From Octopus vulgaris (lineage: Eukaryota), in contig OX597821.1 in assembly GCA_951406725.2 (NCBI GenBank), forward strand, positions 79,794,001 to 79,858,000: a stretch of 64,000 nucleotides of DNA. Direction: 5' to 3'. Position 1 is the first letter of the stretch. The number at the start of each line of letters is the position of its first letter. Below the pieces are notes generated by a model. That model worked only from the letters and a program-made list of their open reading frames with translations. It was not told where the DNA came from and did not search any database. The position numbers and the translations under genes were made by a program. Below are positions 45,034-59,424 of this stretch, piece by piece.

Positions 45034-45660
45034 GTCACGGGTTCTAGTTTATTTAATCCCATTAGTGGGGTTACCTGGGGTGGGAATAGGGTTTTGGATG
45101 TGTTTGTTGGTGTCTGTTTTGGCGGGTTGTGATGTATATAGGATTAGGTTGATTGCTACTCCAATGTTTGGGTGGGTATTGGTGATGGGTGGAGTATGGG
45201 CGTTTAAGTCTATCATGTGGGAGTTGGAATTGATTTTTGCTCTGGGTTTAGTTGAGAGAGGGATGTCCCACCTGGGATGAATTCAGTTGAATGTTTATAT
45301 CCGGCACGTTTTCTTCGGATTTGTGGTATGGATAGTTTTGTTTTGTTAGCCCAGGATAACGTCTAAGAGATTAGCGGTTTTGACGTTGTTACAGAAAGAA
45401 ATGCTGAGGCCGACGTTTTTAAAGAAGCTTCTTAATTTTCTTTTTAGTTTGTTTGATTGTCCGGTTAAAAGAACTTTGGATAGTGAACAGAGGGTCATAT
45501 CTGTATAGACAACCAGAGACGTTGGGAAATTGTTCATGGAAACCGTTGAGTAGGTAGAGTCCGACGTGGTCACTAACTTGGGCGGAGTCACTGGCTTTCA
45601 TAGGGACGTCGAAAAAGTCAGGTGTATATACATGGCTAAATAGAAATATCAAAAATATTC
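45034..45660 (-). pseudogene. Penelope-like element reverse transcriptase fragment
   Basis: FDVPMKASDSAQVSDHVGLYLL..CLYRYD (cf. FDVxMGxxDxAxVxxLVGLYLL..GLYRDD), FKNVGLSI..ANLLDVIL; frameshifted. Confidence 0.75.
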
Positions 45661-46573
45661 ATCACCGAAGAAAACCAATCGAGTTGAACACCGTCTCTGG
45701 CGATTTTACGGCGTTCCGAGCAAACACCTGTGTTTTTTAACATACTTGTTTCTTTGAGATGTTTCTCTGAGACTAAACATTATAGCTAGCACCATTCCAC
45801 ATTTGTATGCACATTACAAATGTTATGAATATCAGCAATAGAGTAAAAGTAAAAACCTGAAGGAAACGTTCTCTGTGCCAAATGGCATACAAAAGGATTT
45901 GGATCTTTTCTTTAATATGTCGATAGTTGGTTGGATCCCAAGTAAACGGTTATCTTCATGTAGTGTGAAAAAGGCAATCCAACTTGTCGAGGTTGACCTA
46001 CGTTGAGGTCTCTATGTTGTTGCTTGAATTGTTAAAGATATTAGCTAAATAGTTAAATCTCTGTCTCTCTCTCTCTCTCTCACTCTCCCCTCACTCAATT
46101 GCAGGTTAGGTTTGTCCGAAATTCACTTCTACACAACATCATGTGCAAGGACTTATATTACTAATGAAAAATATGAATGATGCATCCATTAAAGAGAGTG
46201 ACAGAACTCACTGAAGTTTTGCGGGATATGTCGGAGTTGTAGAGTAATCAATAACTATAACGAAACCAAAGAGAGTGTAACGTTAACTACGCTAATTTAA
46301 ATAGAATGGTCAGTGTTTGTGAAGAAAGATTTATTGGTAATCAATTCTGAGACCGTCAACCAAACACTGTGTAGGTGTAAACAAAGCGACTATCGATTGG
46401 CAGCCAATTAATTCCTCGACTTACGTCTAAATAATTATGACTAGCAGAGATGAAACTGTTTTCTCCATATTTACTGGATTATAAATACGTTAAGAGACTA
46501 CCAGACAGATATTCAGACATGTTGAAATGTAAATGAAAACGAACGCACACGGGCACGCACATACACACACGCG

Positions 46574-46656
<83 letters not shown>

Positions 46657-46735
46657 ATATGCGATCATATCAAATCGTTGACCTTAGGTCGTAGCAAGAA
46701 ACCAATATCATTTACGAACGCATACAAATCTATTA

Positions 46736-46767
<32 letters not shown>

Positions 46768-46841
46768 ATGTGTGTGTGTGTCTCTGTGTGTGTCTCTGTG
46801 TGTGTGTGTTTGTGTGAGTGTGTGTGTGTGTGTATCTGGAA

Positions 46842-47303
46842 AAGTAAAGTCAATCGCCACATTAGAATGGCTGTTCCTTGTTACTACTAGTTTAACACCA
46901 GGTAGATCTTCCGCCAGCTGGTTATCGGTGCAACGCTGCACCCTTTATATACTAATGATGCTAGCAGGGAGAGAGAACAGCTATCATCCTTTAGCAGATA
47001 ACAGGATCGTGAGACTGACTCAGTTTCGAGCTATTTGGCTCATCGTCAGTCACGAGCACTTGATCGCCAGGGCAATAGCCAGGGTCCACTCCAGCCAGCC
47101 ATATATTGTAAACAAAGCAACCATCGCTCGCTGCTTTGCAACTAGCAAAATAGTTAGTTATACTATCTCAAGACGAGATCCGAGTAGCAACTATACGAAG
47201 TAAAGTCAGTCGTCACGTTAAAGTGGCTGTTCCATGTTACTACTAGTTTAACACCAGGCAGATCTTCCGCCAGCTGGTTATCGGTGCAACGCTGCACCCT
47301 TTA
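46842..47303 (-). mobile_element. Retrozyme-like element: 356-bp unit plus 106-bp terminal redundancy
   Basis: Direct repeats 46842-46947 and 47198-47303 flanking a hammerhead; no recognisable coding content. Confidence 0.7.
47007..47055 (-). ncRNA. Type-I hammerhead ribozyme, intact core
   Basis: Minus strand ucguga-CUGACGA-U-gagc-caaaua-gcuc-GAAA-cugaguca-GUC-ucacga; predicted cleavage between 47013 and 47012. Confidence 0.85.
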
Positions 47304-47318
47304 CATATATATATATAT

Positions 47319-47860
47319 GCGCAGGAGTGGCTGTCTGGTAAGTAGCTTGCTTAGCAACCACATGATTCCGGGTTCAGTCCCACTACATGGCACCTTGGGC
47401 AAGTGTCTTCTACTATAGCCTTGGGCTGACCAAAGCCTGTTGAGTGGATTTGGTAGACGGAAACTGAAAGAAACCCGTCGTATAAATATATATATATATA
47501 TGGTTTTGTCTCGAATTAATATTATATAATATTTTACTATAAAATTGGATTTAATCCTAAATCTGATTTTTTTCCCTGTAATTTTGGATTTATTCCCTAA
47601 TATTTATTATATATATATATATATATATATATACATACATACGTATGTGTATATGTTTGTGTGTCTGTGTTTGTGCCCCCAGCATCGCTTGACAACCGAT
47701 GCTGGTGTGTTTACGTCCCTGTAACATAGCGGTTCGGCAAGAGAGACCGATAGAATAAGTACTAGGCTTACAAAGAATAAGTCCTAGGGTCGATTTGCTC
47801 GACAAAAAGGCTGTGCTCCAGCATGGCCACAGTCAAATGACTGAAACAAATAAAAGAAAG
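47319..47860 (+). mobile_element. SINE family A, full length, with ~105-bp AT-rich insert at ~47502-47608
   Basis: gcgcaggagtggctgtctggtaagtagc..cagtcaaatgactgaaac. Confidence 0.87.
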
Positions 47861-47869
47861 AAAAAAGAA

Positions 47870-47931
<62 letters not shown>

Positions 47932-49283
47932 GCACACACATGCACACACATACGCACACATGTATATATAATATACATATGAGTGTATGTATATGTATAT
48001 CTGGTAGTGTATCTGTATATACATAGATATACATACACACATATGTGTTTGCATATATTTGTAACATCATGTATCATATATGCTTATATTGGTTTACTCA
48101 TAAGTGTGTGCGTGCGTGTGTATACCTAATGATGAGTATAACACAATTTATCAAATGCAGGCTATCATTGTCTTCATCTAAGAAGTAGAGCCAATAGCGG
48201 GTTTGTGAATTCTTGTATGAGATAGAAAGCTGACTGAAATTATGCGACAAAAGCGCCTTTCATTATTGAGTAAAAACGTTCGTTTGAAAAGTACTTAGGT
48301 TATACGAATTTATGCCCTGTGAAATTGCAATAGTTTGATCGAAAATTGGCCTGAAAACTTGATCAAAAACTTGAATAGCAATATGACTCTGTGCAAACTT
48401 ATTGGTAGTGTTTGAACTAAGGCATTTCGGCTCATACCCATAAACATGAAGGTTAAAAAAAGCGGTAAAAAGATATTAAGGAATGAATTTGAAGAAACAG
48501 GAGAAACAAAAAACTACAGAAAAGGAAATAAGAAAAAAAAAAAGGCTGAGTTTTTTTCAAGAAAAAATGGCGGAAATATGGAAAGAGATAATAAAGCAAG
48601 AAAAATGGAAAATAAATGAAGTCTTTAGAAGGTGCTACCAGCAAGAGACATACAAATAGTTAAATGGAAAGCCCAGTCTCTAGATCAGAGAATGTATTTA
48701 GGAAGAAGTGCATTAATGTGAAGGGCGCCTTCTCATGATTTGCATTTATTTATTCAGTTCCTCGTGCCCTATTTTGCTTTCTTCTAAAACTTTCTTCTAA
48801 ACACCTCTTCAGTTTTTTTCTGATTAGTTTTTCCTTTCTCCTGTTTTCGATTTTCCTTTTTTCGTTTGTAGTGGGAAGTTTAATTTGCATAATTGTGCTT
48901 TAGACGGCTCTTCATTAATTCATGCTGATTTACGCTCGGTTGTGCATAAAAATGTGCTTCTAAATAATGACGAGCAGTCTAAAGCACAGATTTGCAATTT
49001 AAGCCAACAGCCACAGTAACAGTTTGATTTCTGACTGTTTTATATAAAATCTGAATCCATTTTGTTATCGTCTCGCGTAGGAGAGCGTCAACAAATTATG
49101 AAACGGTCTGTCTGAAGACTTCCCCTCTTTTACCCGCACATCAAAACGATAAACGGAATGGGTTTACATTCTTATTATCATAGCAAAGAATATTGCAATA
49201 TTTTAATTCATTTCAGAACTTCTAATTCATGCTGTGGTGTGCATAACGCATAACACACACGTGTGTGTTTGCGTATGTATGTA

Positions 49284-49331
<48 letters not shown>

Positions 49332-49639
49332 TGTATGTGTCTGTGCGCGTGCGTTCTTCAGTTTACACATCTCAATCTATTGAAAGACGACGTACTTTCG
49401 AATGAAAGACTTAAATTTGGAAATCCACAAGTAATCAAATTTAAGTTACGGTGACAATCACAAGGAATAAAATAGAACGGAAATGAGTAATATTTAATAT
49501 ATTATACAAAGTATATTGCTTTGGCAAAATGCATTTCGACATGCCGGAGCACGTATCTCATTTGCTGCGAAATGAAAGACCGAATCATTGCTGTATGTGT
49601 GTAAATATGTATGTGTGTGAATGTGGATGTGTGGGTGTT

Positions 49640-49790
<151 letters not shown>

Positions 49791-50109
49791 GTTTCTCTCT
49801 GTCTCTATAATTTAGCAGCCGTGTTATATCGATTACCTGATATCACCGACAAGACTTGTTAAAAGCCCTACATTTTTTTTCCATGTATTTCAAACACTGT
49901 TCCAGTTAATTCGGAGGCCCGTGATCATTGCTTCCCTTCTAAAATAGCTCAATGCCCTTGCTACGATATGTTAATGTTCGTTTCTGACATTTCACAGTTC
50001 AACAAAATGATGCAAGTTGATATTACATGCCATAAACAATCTCTTTCACTTGTATTCAATCCTCCTCCCTTCACCTCTCCACTTCCACTCGCTCAGTCTC
50101 TGTATACGA

Positions 50110-50156
<47 letters not shown>

Positions 50157-50252
50157 CGTGCGTTTATGTCAGTCGCTTTGTCTTTTCGTATGCTTGGCTT
50201 TATGATTTTCTGTCTGGATTGTTTGCCTAATTATATGCCTATTTGACTCCTC

Positions 50253-50288
<36 letters not shown>

Positions 50289-50789
50289 TCCTTCCTTGTT
50301 TGTTTCTTTTTCTTTCTTTCTTTCCTTCCTTGCCTTTTTCTTTTTTTTCTTTTTCTTTCTTTTTCTTTCTTTCCTTCCTTCCTTCCTTCCTTCTTTCTTT
50401 CCTTCCTTTCTTTTTCTTTCCTTCTTTGTTTGTTTGTTTTTTCTTTCTTCCTTTCTTTCTTTCTTCCTTTTTCTTTCTTTTTCTTTTTCCTTCCTTCCTT
50501 CCTTCTTTCTTTCCTTCCTTTTTCTTTCTTTCCTTCCTTCCTTTCTTTTTCTTTCCTTCTTTGTTTGTTTGTTTGTTTGTTTCTTTTTCTTTCTTTTTCT
50601 CTTTCCTTCCTTCCTTCCTTCCTTCTTTCTTTCCTTCCTTTTTCTTTCCTTCCTTCTTTCCTTTCTTTTTCTTTCCTTCTTTGTTTGTTTGTTTGCTTTT
50701 TCTTTCTTTCCTTCTTTTCATTTTTCCGTATCCCGTATGTTCCTGCAGATACACCTAAGACCATCTTCACCTCCACACTCCCATATCGA

Positions 50790-50947
50790 CATTACCTGTA
50801 CAGGTGCACCGTGTGCCACATCTCAGATAACGAAACGATCGCAGAGCAACGGGAAATGAAGTGTTTTGCTCGAGAACGCAACGCAAAACCCGGTCTGAGA
50901 ATTGAACCCACGAACTCGCAACCGTGAGTGCAACACTTTAACCGCTA
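50790..50947 (-). mobile_element. tRNA-derived SINE head, diverged
   Basis: Minus strand tagcggttaaagtgttgcactcacggttgcgagttcgtgggttcaattctc. Confidence 0.6.
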
Positions 50948-50951
50948 AAAC

Positions 50952-51781
50952 ATAATAGAATAAATGTATACAAATTATAGAAATAGTAAAAATATATATA
51001 TACAGTACTTATTCAACTTCGTGGCGAGCTGGCAGAAACGTTAGCACGCAGGGCGAAATACGATAAAACAAAAATGCGCCTTCACACACACACACGCACG
51101 CACGCATGTATGTACCTATGTATATTTTATATTATTAATACTTTTTCTTTCTTTGACTTCTTTTAAACTTCTTACAGTCTTTCTTACCCAACATTTACAC
51201 ATCTCTCTCTCTATTTCAATATATCACCAACATTCTTTCTGCCTTACTCTTGTTTCTACCTCCCGCTCTCTTCTTATATTTCTTCTTTTTACTTTATCTT
51301 TTACTTCTCTAATTTCTTGACCGCATCCCTTCACATTCATCTCAATCTCTTCGTGCTCTTTGTTCAAATCTCTCGACTTTTACTTTTTCCTGCGCTTTAC
51401 CCCCCTTCTCTCTCACTTCCACAGTATTTCTATCCTATTTTCTTTACTTCCGTTCCTTTTCTGTGCTGTTCCACGATAGTACTCACCCCACTCTTTTTTT
51501 TTCACATAATTCTCAGCCTTTGTATTTTTCTCTCTTCCCCTCTGCTCTCATCTCCCCTCCTTCGCTTTTCATATTTGCTTCTCGCTCTATCGCTAGCCAT
51601 TTCTGTTGTATTATAGCTCTCCTTCTTCCTTCCTGATCAACACTTCCTTGCTTTGATGTTTTCCTCTCCCTATCTCTCCCTTACTAGATTTCGTGCTTCC
51701 TTTTCTCATTTTTTACAAAAAATTATTGCTCTCCCTCATCCGTTTTCTCTCTATCTTAACCATCACCCCGGCGAACACTAT

Positions 51782-51826
<45 letters not shown>

Positions 51827-52085
51827 CAACAACAACAGCAACAGCAACAACACATATTTCATCGTCATCATCATCATCGTCGTCGTTGTCGTCGTCGTCA
51901 ATATCATCACCATTATCATCTCAGCAGCAGTAGCATCCCCATCATAGTCCACCTCCACTACTACCACTATCATTATCACCATCACCATCATTGCCACCAT
52001 TATCATCATCCTTATTACTGCCGTCACCGCTGCAGCCACCACCAGCACCTCCACCACCACTACCACCTCCACCAAGACCACCACC

Positions 52086-52118
<33 letters not shown>

Positions 52119-52640
52119 CTCCTCCTCCTCCTTCTCATCATCATCATCATAAGTAAACCTGATGATCTTTCACTGTATAAATACGTGAAACTTATCTGAG
52201 CCCTGCCTTGTCAAAAATTTTTAAAAAAAGTTAAAAAATAAGCAAACAATTATGAAATTACATGTAAGAAAAGGAAACAACAAAAATATTAAGAAATAAT
52301 TATTAAAAGTGAAAGAAAAACACGCAAAAGATAAATGAAATTAAATGTAATAAAAACCAAGTAAATTAGTTGAAATTTAATTTGAATATTCTTTATGCAA
52401 CTTTGTTTTCAATGGTTTCTCTCCTTCCTTCCTTCTTTTCTTTACTCTCTTTCTTGCTTGCTTGCTTTCTACTTTCTTGGCGTCCATTTTGGTAAGACGA
52501 GCTTGTCGGCTGCGTTTAATGAAAATTCGCGATTTTCCTTTTCAAGGCTTTCTTTTCAAGTTATTAACGTGTCAGATATTCATTATTCGCCATAAAAAAT
52601 ATAAAATATGAAGCAAATTTTATGTAAAGCAAAGTGAACA

Positions 52641-52710
<70 letters not shown>

Positions 52711-53542
52711 GTAAGAAGAAGAAGTAGAAGAAGAAGAAGAAGAAGAAGAAGAAGAAGAAGAAGAAGAAGAAGAAGAAGAAGAAGAAGAAGAAGAAGAAGA
52801 AGAAGAAGACATCAATAATAATAGGCCAACAAAATAAAAATAATACATACAGAATTATGGCAGTTAACAGTTTTGACACGAACGTCTTATATTATTGTCG
52901 GGAAAGAAAGCCTCATTTCAGAAAAAGGATTTCTCAATATATTAATGATAATAGTGGTAGTAACAGTAGTAGTAGCGAAGAAGTAGTAATATAGTAGTAA
53001 TTGTGGTAGTTGTTCATTCAATAATCTGTACCCTACCCCCATAAATTTATTGCAAAATCGATAGAGGGCCAGACAAAATGCATTACGGTATTCAGGAGTT
53101 CAGTTCTGAGTTCAAGTCCTACCATGTTTCATTGACAAAATTAATGTCGCTTTTTCATTTGCCAATTCGTTTTCATTAATGAATTTCACTCCTATATTCG
53201 ACTTCTTTGTTATTTGTTTTCAATTCGTGTATTTTTATCATTCTTATCGTTATATTGTCTCTTTTCATTGGTCAAATAATTTGGCTGTCCAATCTTCACT
53301 GGTCGATTTCATCAATGTAGCCTGTTTTGCTAATATTGTTATTTTTGTTTTATCGTATTTCGCCCTGCGTGCTAACGTTTCTGCCAGCTCGCCGCCTTTT
53401 TTCGCCCAGCGCTAACGTTTCTGCCAGCTCGCCGCCTTTTTTCGCCCAGCGCTAACGTTTCAGCCAGCTCGCCACGAAGTTGAAAAAGTACTGCATATAT
53501 ATTTTTTATTATTTTTATAATTTGTATACATTTATTCTATTA
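50952..53542. repeat. Distant inverted duplication (50952-51075 vs 53341-53542)
   Basis: AT-rich flank, SINE B head and cgataaaacaaaaat all mirrored; right arm has a triplicated 40-bp unit. Confidence 0.85.
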
Positions 53543-53584
53543 TAAATGCAAAACAACACCACGGAGGAATAAGCTTAAATAATA

Positions 53585-53641
53585 AACCGCGATAGGTGAA
53601 CCGCGATAGGTGAACTGTGATAAGGCAAGGGATTACTATAC
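53585..53641. mobile_element. Possible pogo/Tigger-type terminal fragment
   Basis: aaccgcgataggtg x2, then aagggattactata. Confidence 0.4.
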
Positions 53642-55597
53642 ACTCTTTTCTGTCAACTAACTTTAACATAATGTATACTTTAAAGAATAAGAATATATGT
53701 GTATATACATGTGTATATATAACATGTAAATTAATTAAAAGTTTTTTATTTAAAAACTAAAAGAAAAAGTACTAAATCGTTGAAATGCCTCGCTCAATAA
53801 AAATTCAATTATATACCTCAGGTTATGTTGATGATTTCTAAAAACAATGAAATGGTGCTATGCATGATCATCTAAGACTAGAAATTTGATTACCTCCGTA
53901 ATAATTAAGCAAAATATATATATACACTCTATACATCTCCATTCTTCTTCTTTAATTTCAAATTCAGACTTCAAATCCCGGCGAAAATTATGAAGAAATA
54001 ATGATTTCCTTTGTTCTAAATGTTCGCTAGGGGTCTTCACATGTTATACTTTTCTGCCTAAAATTTTAATCTTAAGTTGAAACTTCACAAATAGCATTTA
54101 CTCGTTTAGCATTTTCAATATTCACTCTGCAACGGAATGTATGAAAGCAAACTAAAGCAGGAATAATAACTGGAAAAAACAAAATATCCGTCCTAAGATC
54201 TGCGGGAAAATGTTTCAAATTTCAGTTTTACAGACAGAAACAATAGTAAATCGATAATATATTAGTTTCAAGAATTCCATGATAAACAAAAATATACATT
54301 CACTCGGTTCTACGTAATAGATGTGTTCCCTTTAAAACTAAATCGTACTATTAAAAGCCCCAAAATTCGTTAAACTTTAGTTTGTTGTGACAAATAATGC
54401 ACTCCAGAAAATCAATTTTTTCTCTCAAGTATATTTGGATAACAAACACACAGAGCAGAACTTTTCGATGTGAGCATGGGAGCCAGAGATTTCATAGAAT
54501 TTAAAAATTTAATAGGGTTATGTAATTCCTCGCAATTTTTTCAAATGTAATATAATATATAATTCAAAATTTAATAACCGTGGAATTTCTGGAGATGACA
54601 GCTTATTAATCTCGAAAAACATCAACAGACATCAAGCAGATACACTGAGGGAAATCTAATCCATGTATTTATGCATTTTTCAGAAAAAAAGAAACAACTT
54701 TAAAATTCTCTCTCAGACGTAACATTTAAGATTAATAACAAAATCAAACAATGCCTAAAAATCAATGTACAAAAATACTTTCAATAATAAATTATATCTT
54801 AAAATTTTAAGTTAAAAATAAAAAAAATTAGTCCGCACGTTTTCCGACTTGTCAAGGGTTGGGAAAACTGGGGAAAAGTAAATATGCTATATTCAGCCAC
54901 TTATAAACCAAAAATATATCACACTCTGCAAATAAGCATCGTGTTCTCATTGGTTGTATGATTGCTTTGAATTCATAACCAGACGCACACGCGCACATAA
55001 ATGCACACATGCACTCACACACATACATGTACACACACAAGCTCACATACACTTGCACCATCAGATCACATGTGGCCGCAAGTGACTTTCTTTAGACACT
55101 GTCATGAAGTTGTTGAATTTTCTTGGGAGAATCCAAAGATGGTTTTCTGTTGCCTTTCCTGATTATCTTTTAGCCACCACCTTGAAGGTAGATCTAGATA
55201 CATTCGCTACATCTTCCTGGACATAGAGTTAAAAGAAAAAGAAACTAATGCAGCAAATCATTTCGTTTACAGATTTAACAATTCTGCCAAAACTTCGCCC
55301 TGGATTCTTCCTTTATTTTATCGGCCGAAGAAAGATAAAAGTTGCTCTCGGTGGAATTTGAACCAAGAACGTAACGAGCCGAGCTGAATGCTCCAACCAT
55401 TCAACTAATTCAAGTTATATAAAGGGATATGCATGTATGGACGTATATATGTATGTATATATAGATATACACTCACACAGGTATATATGCATATTGATCG
55501 AGTTCTGCTTTTACAAATCGTATGAGAATTGTGTGTATGTATGTGCATCTGTCTACCTGTCTGTATGCGTGTGTTTGTATGTATGCATGTTTGTGTA

Positions 55598-55650
<53 letters not shown>

Positions 55651-56010
55651 ATGTGTGTGTATTTATGTGTGCATGATATTTTGCATGAGTTTTGGGTATA
55701 TGTTCAAGTCCGAAGATAGTGCGTGTAAGGCAAACTGAGAAATAAGCCATGATTCTTCCCCACATTCTCTCAATTCACCATAGAATAGTTGATTTGATAA
55801 TATAGGCCTATACAATTTAAGGACGAACGAAAGGAGCCGAGAAGGAAAATTAGAGTTGCAATAATGAGCCTAACGTCCATTACTTCGAATGATATTTGGT
55901 CACGTGATTTTAAAGGGAATGGACGAAAGGAAATGAAATACAATATTTCATAACTTCTTTGAATCAAATTTATGGTTGTTGGGGAGGGTGAGAAAGGGGG
56001 AGGAGAGAGT

Positions 56011-56058
<48 letters not shown>

Positions 56059-56160
56059 GAGAGAGATGTGAGTGAGAGAATGAAGCAGTGTGGTGTGAGG
56101 AGTAATTTTTTCATGAGTTGATAGTTTATAGTTGAGATTCTCCCAAGTCTCTCATTATCG

Positions 56161-56255
<95 letters not shown>

Positions 56256-56288
56256 CATCTATCCATCTATCCATCTATCTATCTAATA

Positions 56289-56398
<110 letters not shown>

Positions 56399-56415
56399 CA
56401 TCTATCCATCTATCC

Positions 56416-56512
<97 letters not shown>

Positions 56513-57008
56513 TCTCTTTCTCTCTCTCTTTCTCTCCTTTCTCTCTCTATTATATATATAAATATAAATATATACATACATACACTTACATACATACACT
56601 TACATACCTACATACATACATACATTCATACATACATACATACATACATACATACATACATACATACACATACACACATACATACATACATATATATATA
56701 TGTTTTAGAATGTACATATATTCTCTTCGACCTTTTACTTTCTCTCCCCACCCCACCATCATCATCATCATCATCATCAACATTCTCTCTCTCTCTCAAT
56801 ATTTAATTATATAATATTATCAAAAGGAAATTTCTAAAGGAAGAGAAAAAAAAAATACTTGTCAGCATTCTTTCCAAATTCTCCCGAAACTATTCTTAAG
56901 GGGATACTATTAAATAGCATCATCATCATCACCACCTTAATGATGATGATGATTATGATGACGATGATGATGATGATCATCATCATCATCTTCATCATCA
57001 TCATTAAC

Positions 57009-57062
<54 letters not shown>

Positions 57063-57147
57063 CATCACCATTATCTTTATCTTTATCATCATCATCATCA
57101 TTATTATTATTATTACTATTATTATTATTATTACTATTACTATTATT

Positions 57148-57188
<41 letters not shown>

Positions 57189-57208
57189 TACTATTATTAT
57201 TATTATTA

Positions 57209-57327
<119 letters not shown>

Positions 57328-58629
57328 AATTTTTTTGCCTTGCTTTTTTCCTCTTTCTTCTAGGTTTTACTTCTTGTTGTTGCCATTGTTACTGTTGCTA
57401 TTGTTGCTGTTGTATACAAAGCTGCTGCTTCTGCGACCGCTGCTGCCGTCTCTGCTGCTACCGCTGCTGCTGTTGCTGCTGCTAAGAATGACAGTGGAGC
57501 ACATTTATTTTTTTTTTCCTTCAAAAGTTACAACTTTATTACTTCAGTATTCTCCACTCCATCCCTCAAATCTCTTTATTAGGTAGCCTTAATATCGTAA
57601 ACAACAATAGGAACTGCAGCGGTAGCAGCAACAACAACAATAATAGCAAAAACAACAACAGCAAGAACAGCAGTAGCAGCAACTGCAAAAAAACAGCAGC
57701 ATCAACAAAAATGGTATAAGAAAACAATAACAAAAACAGACATAACTACAACAACGCCGTCATCATCATCATCATCAGCATCAGCAGCAGCAGCAATTGA
57801 AAAAAAAAGTAACTACAAGCAGTAATCACAACAACAACAACAACCACAACATCAACCGCTGTAAGAAGTACATAAATAATCAGAATAACTAGAATGACAT
57901 CAACAACAACAATAACGATAACAACAATAATGATAACAATAATAATATTGGCAATACTGAGGATGGTGTTGATGATGATGATGATGATGGTAAGTATAAC
58001 AGCAACAACAACAGCAGCAGCAGCGACTGCTACAATGGCGAATTCTTTCCGACTAATTTAATACCCAAAGAGATTTGTTCGTTCTTTGACAATATATTCA
58101 AATACAAAAGCTTATTTGCAATTCAATTTCTTCCTTTATATTTTGATTAACCCCTAGGGTCTACCAAATGTCCCCTATTCGAAGTAATAAAGTAGTTCTG
58201 AGTGAATCCTGTCAGACGTTCTCTACAATGGTACGGCTTGTCAGTGCATAGAATGAACGTCTTAGCTGTTTGCATTTTAGCAAGAGAAAATTTGCTAGAA
58301 TCTTAATTCCTCGGGACTCGAAATCTAACCGTTAATCGTGCCTCATTAAGCTGCTATTTAATAAAACAGGCAGGATTTTTTCGTATTTATTTTTATATTA
58401 CATTATACTAGTTCTTTTGCCCTGAGTGTAAACAGCATCGGTCGTGACATTGACGTGTAAGCTTAAGCTGTTTGCTTGCCTATTCCTTCTAACTATTAAA
58501 CAGCTTCGTTCCACTCTTCCTGGATAACTAGACATTATTTCCAGGCAGTGATTCCAAGCTATTCCGAATAATTGCCGTGTCCTGGGCGCAGAAATAAGAT
58601 ATAAATATATAAATAAATAAAACTATGTC

Positions 58630-58674
<45 letters not shown>

Positions 58675-59011
58675 CTCTTCACTATCCCGATAGATAAATA
58701 ACTACTTAAAAAAATTACTAAATAAAAACATTTAATAAAATAAATTTAGCTAAGTTTCTCAACTAAAAGGGGGGAAAATATCTAACAAACTCGTCTTCCA
58801 TTCTATTACAAATTATCTCTTTATTTTACAAAAATAAACAAATAAAATAAATAAAAGTATTAATTTTTTTTATCGCTTTGTTTTTCCTCCTCATAAGATT
58901 TCTAGTTTTATACATGTATGTTATTCCGTATTATATTTACCACTATCGTCATCATAAAAAGTATTTCGATTGCTTGCTCCACAACCTCGATATTTTAAGG
59001 ACAAACGCACT

Positions 59012-59082
<71 letters not shown>

Positions 59083-59424
59083 ACACACATACACACACAC
59101 ATCTCACACACACACACACACACACACACACGCGGTTCAAAATTGTAAAAAAAACCAATAAGACAGAGACAGGTGAGGGAACAACAAACAAGGTGTATTA
59201 GTTTGACACCCAGGAGAAATGAAAAGTCTTCAACGTTTCGAGCCTACGTTCTTCTATAGAAGGGAATGAAGACAGAAAACAGATGGAGAGAGGAAAACAG
59301 AACGGAGAAAGAGAGGAAATCATCTGTCTGGATTAACGGCTGCACATGTTGAATACATACATACATACATACATACATACATACATACATACATACATAC
59401 ATACATACATACATACATACATAC

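Noticed and set aside
51653-52156. His/Gln-rich ORF resembling a transcription-factor low-complexity region
   Set aside because: Made of CAT/CAG/CAC repeats with no flanking coding signal
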